Source of the DNA: Marsupella aquatica
Lineage: Eukaryota > Plantae > Marchantiophyta
NCBI GenBank assembly: GCA_973895155.1
Contig: OZ316896.1
Location: forward strand, 3,324,738 to 3,388,737
Length of the DNA: 64,000 bases
Direction of reading: 5' to 3'
The notes under the pieces: generated by a model
What the model saw: only the letters and a program-made list of their open reading frames with translations
Database searches by the model: none
Told to the model about the DNA's origin: nothing
Made by a program: the position numbers and the translations under genes
In this document: positions 48,711-62,838 of the stretch, piece by piece
How positions within the stretch are numbered: the stretch's first letter is position 1
How the letters are laid out: every line of letters begins with the position of its first letter

Positions 48711-50040
48711 CTTACTCTTAAATTTAGTGCCCTGAAATTTCGTCTCTCTTAAATTCCACTTGCAAATTCTTTGGTTCTGCACTTTGGAATCCAATTCAAT
48801 CCTCTGCCAATTAGTTCCTCGATTGGCTGTCATGCATAGTCTCGCGTAGCTGTATTTTTCTTGTTGCTCGTGTTAACTGGCGCTTCTCTATCTGGTTTCT
48901 CCGTTATCACATGGTACTCTCTAAACCTCGAGTCTAGACTACGGCAGGAAACATAAATTTGCACGAATCCAAAATAGTGAGATCATGAAATTGATCGAAT
49001 TAGCTCTCTGAGTGAGCTAATATTACTTATAGAGACAACTTGATTGTCATGATGAGTGACATGAAACGGACGTATTGTAGCGTGACGAGAAGAGCAAGAT
49101 GGTGTAGAATCGCAAATACAGTGTCACTTAGTTGCGAACAGGAAAGAGCAATCATCGAGTACCCATTACTGGATGAGTATTACAAAACACCCAGAAAATG
49201 CTCCCTGCTGCAAGGTCATGTAATGGAATGTCGAAGCTCGTGGAGCGCGAGTGAATCGAAGAACGGTGGATGATGAAAACGTGATTGCGTAACGAGGCGC
49301 ATTTGAGGTGAACTCCTACAACATTGTCGAGCTTAAAGAATTCCTAAGACAAATACACCTGGTACGAGGAGGAGGGATCCAGCGAGCATTGCATGTAATG
49401 TGCCCAGATCCTACGGGATGACTGCGCAGGAGAGAAGAACCCACGAGGATGCACATAGCATTGAATTAGAAAATGGACAGTGATATGTTTGTGTACAAGA
49501 AACTTTATTTTGCTTGATCTTTGAGTGAATAGGTCTGTTCACGAACGCCCTTTGAAGCAATTTTAGTCAGTGTGACCCAGATTGAGCGTTGATTTAAAGT
49601 GTGAGTCGAAATGCTAACAAGCAAAGTTTGCCCGGCCACAGAATTCAGATTTAAGAGAGACGAAAATGTGGCAACCTGATAAAATCGAGTCTAGCACATT
49701 TGGTGAACTACTAATCCCATTGATTTTCGTACTACAATACACTTGGCACACACAGCACAAACTTGATAAAGAAGAATGATCATACTTTTCAAAATCGGCG
49801 ACAGAGCATGTACCAAATGTGTACAATAGTGCGCCTGTGAAAGAGACAAGTCGTTGCGCATCGGGCGAAACCGCTAGCATGTGTACGTAATGGGCGAATC
49901 CGCTAGCATGTGTACGTAATGTAATAAGCCCTACTGTAATTCTACATGTACATCTACCGTATTCGATGTGTTATCTTCTGTCTACCAGTCATATATGTAG
50001 AAATGACAAGAACCCCGCCTGTTAGCCATCTGCAACGACA

Positions 50041-50814
50041 TTAATTAAGGACATTAGAAAATGCGTCCATAACGTCGAACCATGAGCCTATCCTGGAAGC
50101 GACTCTCAACCAATTCGTTGGATCGATGCATTCTCTAATGATGCGGATGGCCAAAGCCATCAACTTCTCTGCTGTCGACTCTAGTTGTTCGTCGTTCATT
50201 GTAGCAATGTTGGGAACAGAGGGTTTGTTCCCCCTTCGCGCAAAATGTGCAATGAGCTTCTGTTCTAGTTCCTGTAACGACTGGTCTCTCGCCACTTTGT
50301 TTCTCCTCTCTCTCACTAATTTATCGCTGATAGGAGGAATGTTGACTGCAAATTTTTCATAATCGCCCATGTGGGGTGGAAGCAACGTTCTGTTCTCTTC
50401 GAGCCACTCATCGGTTGCATCGGTGAAGAGAACAACGAACGCGTCTTCAGCACCCTCGAATATTTTAGCGAACAGCGTCCAAATCACCTTATCCAGTTCA
50501 GTCATTCTACTCGCCTTTTGCACGAAGATTATGTGGGAGTACGCATCCCTGACCTGCTTGAGAAAGCTTTTCAACTCAAGTTGCGCTTCCTCATGCGACC
50601 TGGTTCCGGACTCTGCTTCTCCAAGACCTATCGTGTCTACGACAGTCCAACCCCTTCCGGATTTTGTGATGATCTCTGAAGTGCACCCTGTCGGCGCGTC
50701 GCTGGCTGGAAACACCATCGGCTGCTCGATTCCTCCTGTCACAAGGACATTGGCAACAGTGGATTTTCCAGCGCCTGTTCTTCCGAACAGGACCACTCTC
50801 CTTTCTGAAGCCAT
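50041..50814 (-). CDS. AIG1/GIMAP-like GTPase, single domain (257 aa), copy 2
   Basis: Translation identical to 22875-23648. Confidence 0.9.
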   Translation of the reverse strand: MASERRVVLFGRTGAGKSTVANVLVTGGIEQPMVFPASDAPTGCTSEIITKSGRGWTVVDTIGLGEAESGTRSHEEAQLELKSFLKQVRDAYSHIIFVQKASRMTELDKVIWTLFAKIFEGAEDAFVVLFTDATDEWLEENRTLLPPHMGDYEKFAVNIPPISDKLVRERRNKVARDQSLQELEQKLIAHFARRGNKPSVPNIATMNDEQLESTAEKLMALAIRIIRECIDPTNWLRVASRIGSWFDVMDAFSNVLN

Positions 50815-50837
50815 CGTGGTTCAAGCTGTCCTGAAGC

Positions 50838-50978
50838 AATTTGTAAGCTTCACAAGACTGAGGCACTAGTTACTCCGACGAATGAAATTTGTAAGCTTCA
50901 CAAGACTGAGGCACTAGTTACTCCGACGAATGAAATTTGTAAGCTTCTCATTCACATTAAGTTACTCCTACGAATGAA
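50838..50978. repeat. 48-bp tandem repeat, copy 2
   Basis: Same as 23672-23812. Confidence 0.9.
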
Positions 50979-52161
50979 ACCTAATGTATATATACATTAA
51001 CTTTCGCAATCACAAACAGAGTGGACATCTTGGTCTTTCGCTGCTGTGATCCAAGTCAATATGGAGGTCAGTCCTCGCAGCTGTTCCGAGCCAGGGCTTT
51101 CCATCGCGCCCCTACTGTAGATGCTTTGGCTTGGACGCGGGAATAGACTTTCTACAGCTTGAGAGAATAAACAGTACTCTGATTCCCATATTTGTTGCTC
51201 CGGTCAATTAGGACCTTTGAAAAAAAGGGCCCGAAGAATGTACCCCTACTGGAGAAGGAAGCTTCCAAGCACGCGGCTGGAGCACCGCTATGTTCGTGGA
51301 ATCAAACATTTTTCTGATTCCCATAATGGGGTCTCTCCGCTCAATCTAACACGGAAAGGAAAAGAGCCCCCGAGCGGTGTACTACCAGAACCGTAGCCGG
51401 GAGCTTCCAAGCACGCGGCAGGAAGAGTAGATGCCATTACAAGTCTCACACGTTTTCAAATCGCCTTGTTTAGCTCACTATACCTTCGTCAGCTCCGCTC
51501 ATGCTGTTTGTGTGTATTTCGTGGATTGATTCGTTGGTCGATCACGCCTTCAGTATTGAGTCTTGTCCAAGCAACTAACTCTCTGTGATTGGTGCGCGTT
51601 TAAATGTTCATTTTCTGGTTTTGTTCCTCGGTGCGGTGCAACGTGCTGTGTGAAGGCGTGGTGTAGCCTGCTTGAGTACGTTTTCATGGAGTAAGATTTT
51701 GGCCAGGACTATTCTCACATGTAAGTGCTGCTACACGATAGAGGCTACTAGCAATTGTCAGCGAGATGAAAATTTCTGGATCCACTACACTGTTGGACAT
51801 CCTCAAGTCTCGATCGCTGTTTTGAAGTAATTGCTAGTCGGAAAGTTGTTGAGACGGCATATCTGTTTAAATTTGCTCCTTGGTCAGAAGGATCGACAAC
51901 ACTGGGATCTTCGTCTAGGTGCGATATTTGAAATCAGCCATACGGTCAGCATCATACCCTATTGCCGGCTAGATCAATGTCTTCCCACTGTGAATCTTGA
52001 GCTAGTTAGTTGATTTGAAGAGACGCGAATGTCACATCTTTTTGTAAAGAATAATGTGAACTTTTAATGGTTATTTCTTGCAGCTACTAGGAGGGGCAAA
52101 CCAACTTAGCGAAGGACCTGAGCACGCCCCACACCTGTACTGTGGGGTGAATCAGCATGCC

Positions 52162-53601
52162 ATGGCCTTTGTACCGGTCATCCTGGTTGTCGGAGCTTAT
52201 AGCAAGTACAAAGCTCATGTCTCAGAGGCCCTCGCCAAGCGTCATAGTGGAGGGGAAGTTCGAAGGACTGAGGCAGGGGTCGTAAATTATAGGACGGAAG
52301 GGAGGCCAGTAGTTGTCGAATCCACATCCTGGAATGTTAACCGAAAGATCATGGAAGGAAGAAACTTGACAGAAATTGTAGATGATTGGATTTCATCAAA
52401 TATCTTGAACGAGCTGTTTGGCAAGTTGGTTTCCGTTGTGTGTGTGATAGATTTAACTTCGCTTCAGCACAAATGTAATCTTTCGAAATCGAAATTGCAT
52501 AGACGTATATATGCTTGGCTCACTCTGCTGGCTGATATTTTCCTCAATTGTCGAGCAACGATTACAATAGTTGTGCGAATAAAGGGTAGCGAGAATGTCA
52601 GTACCAACACTACGAAGAATAGAATCAGAGAACTCCTTGTACAGGACGGATTTGAAGAGAGCAATATTGTTTTTCGTCGGCAAGTACCGAAGGTTGGGGA
52701 GGACCCAGAGATCCCCCTGACGCTTTCCGTTTTGACACCTAGAGAAGAGCTACATATTTCCAACCGGCCTGTCAAACTGATTTTGTTCGGGAGGACGGGC
52801 AGCGGCAAGTCAACTCTTGCTCAGATGCTTACCCTGCAAAAGCTCGACTCTTGTTCCAACGCTTTTCCTTCCAACTCAGGTGTCGATGGAAAGAGCCTTG
52901 GAGTCAAACATGGTCAGGGTAGAGGCTGGTACGTTGTTGATACGCCAGGTCTAGGAAAACCGTCAGAAAAACTTAGCTCCACATCCACACATCATCTCGC
53001 GATGAAGATGTTTGAAGAGATCCAGTTGACCCACGGACTTTTCACTCATTTCATATACGTGAAAAAACGAGATCGCTTTGACACGCTGGACGACGAGATC
53101 TGGAGGTTCTTTATGCAAATTTTTGGAGAACACATCAAAAGCAACTTCACTGTAGTGATTACTAATTCAGGCCAGGCCTGGGTGGAAACCCACATGGATG
53201 CTTTGCGGGAGAGTTTCACCGGTTGCGAAAGTTTTCTCAGCGCCGACTTCCCGACGATCGAGCCCGACGACAAAGAACTGGAGGAGGAAAACTGCAAGGT
53301 GCGAGTGGAATCTCTGAAGCAGCTCGAGGAAGGTCTTGCTATTCTAGGCAGACATCCGGTGGAATGTAACAAAACTAGACAGGTTTCTAAGACAACTGAG
53401 GGCCACGGTTTCCGTGAATCCGTCAGTTCGGTGAAAGATGCAACGAAACGTGCGGTAGGCAGAGCTCGAACAATTTCGGGGAAAGGTGCAACGAACCGTA
53501 TGCGAGGCAGAGCTCTTTTTTCTACAGCCAAAGGCGTCGCAAATACTAATCCACGAGATGGGAACAAATGGAAGAGGATGTTCAAGAGTACTCGTCCCTA
53601 A
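52162..53601 (+). CDS. AIG1/GIMAP-like GTPase with N-terminal degenerate G-like domain (~479 aa), copy 2
   Basis: Translation identical to 24996-26435. Confidence 0.88.
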   Translation: MAFVPVILVVGAYSKYKAHVSEALAKRHSGGEVRRTEAGVVNYRTEGRPVVVESTSWNVNRKIMEGRNLTEIVDDWISSNILNELFGKLVSVVCVIDLTSLQHKCNLSKSKLHRRIYAWLTLLADIFLNCRATITIVVRIKGSENVSTNTTKNRIRELLVQDGFEESNIVFRRQVPKVGEDPEIPLTLSVLTPREELHISNRPVKLILFGRTGSGKSTLAQMLTLQKLDSCSNAFPSNSGVDGKSLGVKHGQGRGWYVVDTPGLGKPSEKLSSTSTHHLAMKMFEEIQLTHGLFTHFIYVKKRDRFDTLDDEIWRFFMQIFGEHIKSNFTVVITNSGQAWVETHMDALRESFTGCESFLSADFPTIEPDDKELEEENCKVRVESLKQLEEGLAILGRHPVECNKTRQVSKTTEGHGFRESVSSVKDATKRAVGRARTISGKGATNRMRGRALFSTAKGVANTNPRDGNKWKRMFKSTRP

Positions 53602-55925
53602 AACGGTCCCAAGTAGTTGCATTTCTACCTATCAGGCCAATTCCCAAACGTAACTTCAAAAACAGTGAGGTCCTCGTGCCTGATTCTTGTAGTGAGTTAC
53701 TGTCACAAATATTACATACCCCCGTAGTTTTAGGTTGTCGTCGATGTACCTGGGAATCCTTCAAAGGTCCCAGCTCGGAAGAGCCTTGTAATTAAGAGCA
53801 CAAATTGGAGATTGTCAGCTGTGTTCCCCCTATCCTAGAGGTTTGGGGCCTTTCTGATTTTGTAGGGGCCGTGAGATTTGGTTCTACACAAATGCACACG
53901 AAAGGCACGGGTGGCAGATTGTGCACACAATAAAAATGTAGAGCTTGCAAAATGTCGGAATCTGAGAGGAATTGTAGATGTTTATCGATGTTTGAAGAGT
54001 CTCAGTCTCCTAAAAGTTAACAGCGTTTTATCTGAGTAACCAACTACTGGAAACGAAAATTGCCATGACGGTCTTGAAAGGTAGCCAGGGCGCAAGTGAT
54101 TGCCTCTCAAGGAGCTTTGCAAACGATGTTACGCGCATTAAAGTGCTGAATCCCGAGATTTTAACTCTTCAGCACGTTCAAGGGTCAGTGCCGGGACAGT
54201 GCAATTGTCGAGCTGGAAATGTAGTAGACCTTCAGGAAATTGAATGCCTCAAACAATGTCGACCTTCTGCGTGAAATCTGACAGTCTCATTCCCAAAAGT
54301 GCGTTAATGAACAAGAACCGTCTGGAACATCTATAGAATTAATTATGCCTTTTGCGCTTCGGAAATTTCAGATTGCGCGCTGCTATAAGGAAAGCTCAGG
54401 TCATGGCAAAGAAGAGATTCAAGCCACGTGAACGCAATTAGTCATCCAGCTATTGGAGCCTCTCAAACCACCTCATTCCTGAGCTTTCCCTTTTCCTTGA
54501 CCAAAATGTTAGGAGGCCGGGTCAAAATGCTAGGAGACCAGGTTTGTACTTGTCCGATAAATGAGGGATCTGGACCCCTACATCTGACATGTGTCACACC
54601 CCATCATCCCGGCCCCCTACCCACACCCTACCCCAACCCGGCCCAACCCCAACCCAGCCCCGGCCCAGGCTTGTCCCAACAGGCTTGGGAATATAGGCAA
54701 ATATACAACACCTCTTTTAGAGCCAACAAATGACAAGTTGTAGTGTTGCTCATGTAGGATAACTGCTTGTGTTCGGACAATACAACAACTTGTCAGTCAA
54801 TTCAAACCCAGATCATAGACCAAAAATATGTGGTTCCCAAAAAAGTGACGGACTGGGTCACAGACCAAAAATATGTGGTTCTCACAAAAGTTCACCCAAA
54901 AATATGTTGTTCTCACAAAAGGTGACCGAGAGTAACTTTAGCTATCAATGTAGAGAGCAGACGTACCGTTTTCACACAATATGCATGAGTGCCCTTCCAG
55001 AATGGTTGGGAGCCCTTCAAGAATTGTCAGAGACCATTCTAAATGGATTCTGAAATTGTGGGTGCCCAAATTCAAGTCAAGTGATTAAACTCAATTAGTC
55101 ATATTGAAACCCCAGCACTACAGCAAGCCAGAACCAGTTTCCACCTGAATTCAGTTCCTCCTCCATTGAGCCAAGCAGTCGTCCAAGCTGTAGCAACTTA
55201 ACAAAGAACGGTACTCAAACAACCTTGATTAATTTGCAGGGATGGTTCCCTTCTCCAGGATGAGCTTAGTTTTGTTCTCTAACAGCTCAGTGAAATCAAT
55301 GAGAATAAATGATGACTGTAGGTTAGTTTTGCTAGCTTGAATGTTGGACTTTTTCCTGCTTTCCAAGATGTGATTCTGAACCGTCCATTGGGAAGATACA
55401 GCTGCTCTTCACTTTGAGTAGCAGTTATTTGTTCAACAAAAAAAGCTAAGCCTAGCTTGATGAACCTTAATCTAAGTAGATGGGCTGCATCACAACCTTA
55501 AAACCTGATTGCATAACACATTTCAAACCCAAATTTAACAACTTGGCAAAAATAGCAGGGCTGGTGATGTGAAATGATATTAAAGTTATGATTATCCATC
55601 CCAACAAGGGGTCTCCCTAATTGTTGTCAATTTTTTCGGTTCAAAAATGGTGTGTTTAAGTTACAATAACAATCCTAAGGGTCTAGACCTTGGTGGTTGC
55701 ACTACCCAGCATGGTTGCACTACCCAGTATATATTTATTAAGTGCTTGGGAGATCACTTCAATCTGCACTTTCTCACATGTGTTGTCATATTACACACAC
55801 TCCTCATATGCTAAGCCCAGATACCACATGATTCACCTGGATAAGTGCAAGAAACTACTTTACATGTTTTCCTTGCTGTAACTGATTAAAGCACATGTGC
55901 TATTTTTATGTTTGGTGAGAGCTGA

Positions 55926-56642
55926 CTAATTGCAAGTATAAACAGTGCAAGTATAAACAGTGCATTCCCTAACTCTTGGGAATACCAAAGTTGAACCTGT
56001 GATCATCCGTCGAGGACCAATTTGGATTATCTCTTGCTCCGGTCCAAGTTTTCTTTGGAATACCTTAGATGATACAGGGATCATGGTTGGTATTCCAGAA
56101 CAAATTCTAGAATCCTTCAAACCGTCCTAGGTTGTGAATCTCAAAGATGATCTATCCATGATCACCGTTGGTATTCCAGCACATCTTTCAACCTCCTCGG
56201 ATCCTTGTTCCTTTGGGGGGAATACCAAATTTGATCCGGTGATCATCCTTTGCATTCCAATGCGAATTCCTGGTGATTTTGAATCTGGTGTAGGTATTCC
56301 TATATCCAATGCTCTCATCACGGACGAGACTTGCTTTCTCTCTGTTCTAAATTGAACAAATGCTTCCAGGGATCCTAAAGGTGAGCCAATTTGACTTTGT
56401 TGACATGGAAAACTGAGTAGACGTCATTTATCTGGTTTAGTGGGTGAGACGTAATATGAAGAAATGTCTTTGTCACTTCCCTCTGAATCGGAGTCTTTAA
56501 TGTCTACTTGGGGCTCCACTTGCTCAGAGGGTGGAAGTTTGGCTTGCAAATGAGAAGGAATAAATCTATGAACAACCCCGGGGGAGGATTGGATGGAACT
56601 AGCAATGCTTTCTTCTGACTCAGAGCTAGACATGGTTATCAT
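55926..56642 (-). pseudogene. Decayed low-complexity ORF, copy 2
   Basis: Same as 28760-29476. Confidence 0.45.
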
Positions 56643-58825
56643 AAACCCTATACAACCAAGGTTTCCCCATAGGATGTGCCTCTACGACTGCTTAAATACT
56701 ACAAAATTTTCAAAATCTTGAGCGCCCTACAAATGAAAAATATGAAGGTCCTATGAAAGTGAAGCTCAAAATTTGATGATTGACCATGCTTTTATAGTTT
56801 TGGGGTTGTGTTTGCCACATGGCATAGCTTGATTGGTTTTCACTAAGAGACAAAATATAGAAATGATCTGGTTTCCAGAATTTTGAGAGCATTATGATCC
56901 AGGTATCATGGTTGGGATTATACTCAATGTTTTGCTTCTAGTGACAAATGGACTGACCAGGTGTTTTGATAGGAGGTTTTTGTGTGTTCGCAATAATTAT
57001 GATCCGTGTATCACGATTGTAATTCCTCTCAAGGTTTGGAGGATTGAAAAATAATTTAAAGCATGTTTTTGAAGATGTGTTTTGAGTTTGGGAACCCAAT
57101 GATCCACTGATCACAGATTGAATTCCCCCCATTATTTTATGGGCTAGAAAATTATTTGTATTTTCAATGGGTAGTTTTGTGTATTGGCAACAATCCATGA
57201 TCCGTGGATCATGGTTGGGATTAGGTTTGATGGTTTGAATCGTGCAACAGTGTTGTTTAGTCGTGAGTCTTAGCTTAACCAGAAGTGAGTTAAAGTAACT
57301 GACTATGGATGTAACTGCACAGTTGCGTGGTAGTCCCTAAACCTTGGGTTCACATGACGATCAAATTTGGAGTTTTGGGTATCTTTTAATTCATAAATTA
57401 TAACTGTTATTTCACTTGAAGAATCCGAGCTCATCTGAGACCATAATATGTGACTCATTTTGGCTCATGTGACTTCATTGTGACTGAACATATTGTGACC
57501 CAGGCTGTGACCCTTGGAGTTGCAAAAGTTGAGACCAAAAAATAGAAGTCACTATTGATACTGGACATTGCGACTTGCTTGATACCCATTTGTGATTGAT
57601 CTGTGACTCCATTATGGAGTCTAGCCTTGTTGATACGTGACTGCAATGTGACTTTAATTAGTCACAGGGTAAATCATGTCCATGACTTACTTGCCCTTAA
57701 GAGTGACTAGCTTGTGATCTTTTAGTGTCACATAATAAACCCTAATAAACACAACCATTTGGGTCTCTACATAGTCATGTTTATAAGTAATAAGGTTGAG
57801 ATGAAATTTAGTGATTGAAGTTGTAACCATGACTAATCCAATAATGGATTATAACAATTGTGTAACACTTCATAAGGAGAGATAGTCAATTCATGAGCAC
57901 TCCACATTACAATACAAAAGAAAATTCATGTTCATCATCACTTTAGAAGTATAACATATTAAATATATAATAAATAAACTTTATCTCATTTTTTGTACGC
58001 GAAGTTAGCATGCTTTATATCCATTGCTCTTTCTCACAGACTTCACTACACCCCCTTGCAAACAAGAGCCGACCACAAGCTTGAAAGAAGAAAGTTCAAT
58101 TTTCATAAACCACAAAACCCAGTATGTCAGTTAGAAACATCAAAATCCAGTATTTCAGCTAGCAATTACAAGTTTCAAACTTCTGAAATAATATTTAGGG
58201 TATTTCAGACAAAAATTACAAGCCGTCTTAAACATACTGTACAATGGTCACATTAATGGTCTATTTCGACTAGGGCTTAAAAGTAGCTCTCATTGAGAGA
58301 GACTCTTCAATAGCATGTAGATTTAAATTTTTCTAAACTTTAGGCTCTCACTACCATTTCACAACCTTGCTGACGATCGTGTTGACTTGATGGTTCAAAA
58401 CGTAGTTCTAATCATAACGTAGAATCATGGTGGATTAGCAAAAATGGATTGCAAGAACTTTATGTTGTGAGAAATCTCTGGAAATGATCCGTTTGAATTG
58501 GCTGAAATGGACGGCAGAGAGGTAGCATGGAGCGATGCTCCGGGCATGGATACGAGGAGGGCACTGTTCATTTGGGCGCGAGAGCATAGCAATCGGACAG
58601 ACGTAGAAGCACCTTTATACTGACTGGGCAGCTGTGGTTTAGGTGTTGGACTGGCAAATGTCGAGGATGGGTTCTCAGGTGCTACTTAGCCAATTTCAGG
58701 ATGCCTTCTCCCTCCACATCCTACAACTTCACAGCTCCAAAAAGTGAAAAGGCAACTGTCCTATGTATACACAATAAACATGTGGGAAGAGATGTGAACA
58801 ACGCTTCCACTTGAAGCAAAGAGAA

Positions 58826-61627
58826 TCAGTCATCACTGGGACTGCTGGGAGAGGAATCCGCTTCTAGGAATCTGGTCATTTTTTTGAAAGCGGCTGCTGA
58901 CTTTAATAGCCTTTTTCTCTCCAAGTGCTTCTCAATGTAACCAGCAAGATCAGCATTCAGCCCTCTGTCGTAGAGAAATATTTGGAAGTTATTCACCAAC
59001 TCGTCCTTGCCATTCCTGCATCAAGAGGCGAGGACCACTAAAGATTCAAGTCCCAAAACTCATCCCTAAGTTCCCAGGCAAAATATGTCAATTTGAATGT
59101 ACCCGCTTCAGACAGACTTTAGATAACATCAATGGCAGCAAGAAACCATTAATGGACGATGCCTACCAAGACATCCTTAGATAAAATCATATTCACCTCT
59201 GCATAGGAAAACTTTAGTTTGGGACTGTGAGGTAGATACCTGTGAGAATTATCAATCTAAACCCTCAAAATCTGATGAAATTCAGACAACAGTGGAGGCT
59301 CATACAAAGAAATTCAACCAAATATCAAGTGTACTTCATAAGGATTGACCCCTCAGAAGCACGGATAGTATTTAATCATTGCCTCCACGATGTGTAACAA
59401 AGAGACGAGGTGACTTCATTTTATGTATTCCTCGTTTCATTTCAGTACTGCTGAATACCAAAAGATAAGACGAACACCTATACCTACCGGTAGGATCTAA
59501 AATGGATCAACCAACTAAAGACTCATACAAAGAAATTCAACCAATATTGAGTATGCTTCATCAGGTTTGAACCCTCAGAAGCGCGGATAGGATGTAATCA
59601 TCGTCCTCAGTCTCTCGAACCATCCTACATACGAGAATCAGCCAAGAGAGGACAACATAGCTAACAGACATCTCCGCGTCCGAGTAGCAAAGTATTCATC
59701 TCTCCTAAGCACACGTCCCTACCGTTCACTACCATCCTTCGCGTCAATGTCTTACTGTGTCATCCCATGCATTGTTGATATTCACTAAAGCGCTGCTGGT
59801 TTGGTTTTTTGTTCAATCCGTCTGTTAACGCGCGCTTTTCAAAATGTGTACAACAGTGACCCTAAGCCTATCTCAGTTAATACATTGTCTGAATAGCGGT
59901 GTCAACTTGTTTTTTTTTATCGAAACGTCTTCAACTGTTGACTCCCCTATTAAAATATAAGCCATTAGCTATAATTCATTGAGCCATCGTAAACCGTTCT
60001 GTAAATGACTCAGAAACTAACGAATGGTAGACTGAGAAAACGATTACTAATTACCACGGAATGAGACATCAATAGGATTGGGTGACAACTCATACGAAGA
60101 AATTCAACCAATGTGATGATATCTTCATCAGGTTTGACCCATCAGAAGCGTGGATACAATTTAATCATTGCCTTCACAGTCTAGCCTCCAGACATGAAAA
60201 TAAGATGCAGGTTGGTACAAGGTGAGGGAATGCTCTGGTCAAATTTAACCCACAAACAGGCATTTATAGAGTGAACTTCAATCATCTATGGCCATACATT
60301 TGGTACCAAACTCACAGAACAATAACAAAGTCTTGTACACCTACTTCAAAATGTATGTGGAAGAGGCTTACGAGAAGTATGGGCGGTATATTGTCTGTTC
60401 CTTGTCTTCATATTGTAGATCAACTTGGTGAATGGCAAAACCATCCCAGTAACACTCGCATCTGATTTCGAGAGTGGGAGATACGCCACCTTTCGTGATC
60501 AAAATCGTCAGCTGCAACATCTTCGTTCGACTCTCCGGGTCTTCACCGACTTCCGGCTTGCACTGATAATTTTTTCTCACTAGTTGCAGAACACAAGACA
60601 TAGTGATGTCTTCCAACCCATAAATTCTGGTCAACATCATCTCCATCTCTCCAGGTTCGTCCTTCACAATTGTAAACGGTTTGGGTGGTTTCCTCTATGT
60701 GATGTTCTGCAAAACACTTCGACACGACATCTATGTCAAACATTTTATCCTACGATAAGGTTTCCAGACACTCTGGAAATAGCTCTAGACATGACAGAAA
60801 GCGGGTGACAATCTGCATGAGGTACAGCGGAAGCAGATGTGCCCAATGGGAAGCACATAACCAAAAAAAACCATATTGTCTCACAAGGCTTGCTCAAAGG
60901 GAAAGAAAAAAAGGTCTAGGATTGGCAGAATCAGGGAGGATTAATCACAACTAACCAAGATGTCAAGATCCTTCTGGCAACAATAGGCATGAACAAGCTT
61001 ACGCTGCCTAAGTGCAAAGCAAGTATCACTTTGTAATATGTGCACTTTAAAATTAGGTTCTAGAAGAATGTCATCCACTGGACCTCAGTATAGTGCACAC
61101 TTGGACAAACCAAGGAATAATCCCAAAAGAAACGATGTCTGGACACATAATGATCTTCAGCATCAGAAAAATCCAGCAATAGAACAATGCAGAAGAAAAT
61201 TTGCCTACATCAACTTACAGATACAAGGCAGAACTTGGCAGGGAATACCGTAACTCACCAGCAATCGCTTCGTACAGTCTTTGACCTCGCAACGAAACAC
61301 GTGCAGGAGACCCTCATCTCCTTTGTGCAAGCCAATATCTACACCTTTTACTGCACAAGAGGCAAAATGTGACTTCTGGACACGCGACGGATACAGAAAA
61401 CAATCCCTGGTTGCTGTTGTTGCTACTGCTGTGGGTCCATTCCACGCGAGTTTTGAAGTCTTTGAGCGCTATCTCCTCAATTGTTGTGGCAGCACGACCT
61501 TGTCACCCAATGGCTGAGTTATCACTGGCGACCACTCTTGAGAACCACTGGCTATTCCATGATTCCCCTGCCCAAAAGCCTGGCTGGAATTTCCACCACA
61601 ACAACAAAGCCGAACTCCGATCCTCAT
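58826..61627 (-). pseudogene. MAM33-family pseudogene, copy 2
   Basis: Same exons and same two TAG codons as 31660-34461 (offset 27166). Confidence 0.8.
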
Positions 61628-62838
61628 AGGGAGAACAGGGAGAACAAGGAGAACAGGGAGGCAACTCACAATGGAGCTAGGTAGCTTGTGATCGAGCAGC
61701 TCGCGATTGTAGCAACAACAGATTGAGCACATCGCGATTGTAGCAACAACAATTTGAGCAGTAGGCGATTGAACTCTAGGCAAATGAGCTCCAGGCGATT
61801 GGGTGCGTGATTGAGCAGGCAATTGTAACAACAGGCAGCAAGCGACTGAACTAAGCAGCATAAGGCAATGGACCTAGGTAGCTCACGAATTGAGCTGAGC
61901 AGCAATGTCACCCAACACCTTTCTCTTCTAGCAATGGAGCTCAAGAGTGCAAGCAATGTCACCCAGACCCTAAACTCTTCACAACAATGGAGCTCAACAA
62001 CGCAACAATGCAAAGCAACAATGGCGGGGGGAAAAATAGAATTGAGCAGCACACATTGGGGCTGGGCAATGTGTGGTGCGTCCCATGGCTCCCTAAACCC
62101 AAGAAACCCCCCAGCTCAAGCCGATTCCCGCAGGTTTCGTGCTTGGCGAGGCCGTTTCCGCGGCTTAGCGGCATGGGACGCTGCTAACCTTCTACTACTA
62201 CTATTAACATTTTACACACATATACTGGACAGATCCTTCATCGGGTCATGAGATACGTAGCCGGCCTAATATAGGCCTTCCCCTGTCTTCCCCTGTCTTC
62301 CCCTCCGTCTTGTTAGATATGTTTGGATTCCGCCGCCGGAATGATCCCCAATAGGCTTGGTTAAGCCGCTAAGACCTCTCTCAGCTCGACACATCCAACT
62401 CTCACTCCCCTGCTTACTTTCCTTCCTTCTGTTGATGTGGGCACTCTTCACACAAGTTAATGCGACACACAAATAGCAAAATGACTCATTCTGACTGAGT
62501 CATACCATGCACTTGCCATACAAACAGTACATCTCATACACAAGTTCTGCGAACTAAGCCGTGAGGCCAACTCTATTCAGCTCTTAGGCATGAGGAAACA
62601 TGAATATACACAAGGGTCACTGTATGACTAACCGAGAGCTTCTCGTACTACTTGATCCCAGCCCGGCTGGTGCAAACTAAAAACTTGCTAAAGAAGAGGC
62701 CCTGAGCTCCCCGCTGCCCAGGTACTTATCCTGGTAGTGGATCCGCCATTCTTTGCATCGTAAGCCTAATCTACTTAACAGTAATCTACTTGCCCGAATC
62801 TACCTATGTACAGCAAGGCAGGAGCACAAGTGTTGCTC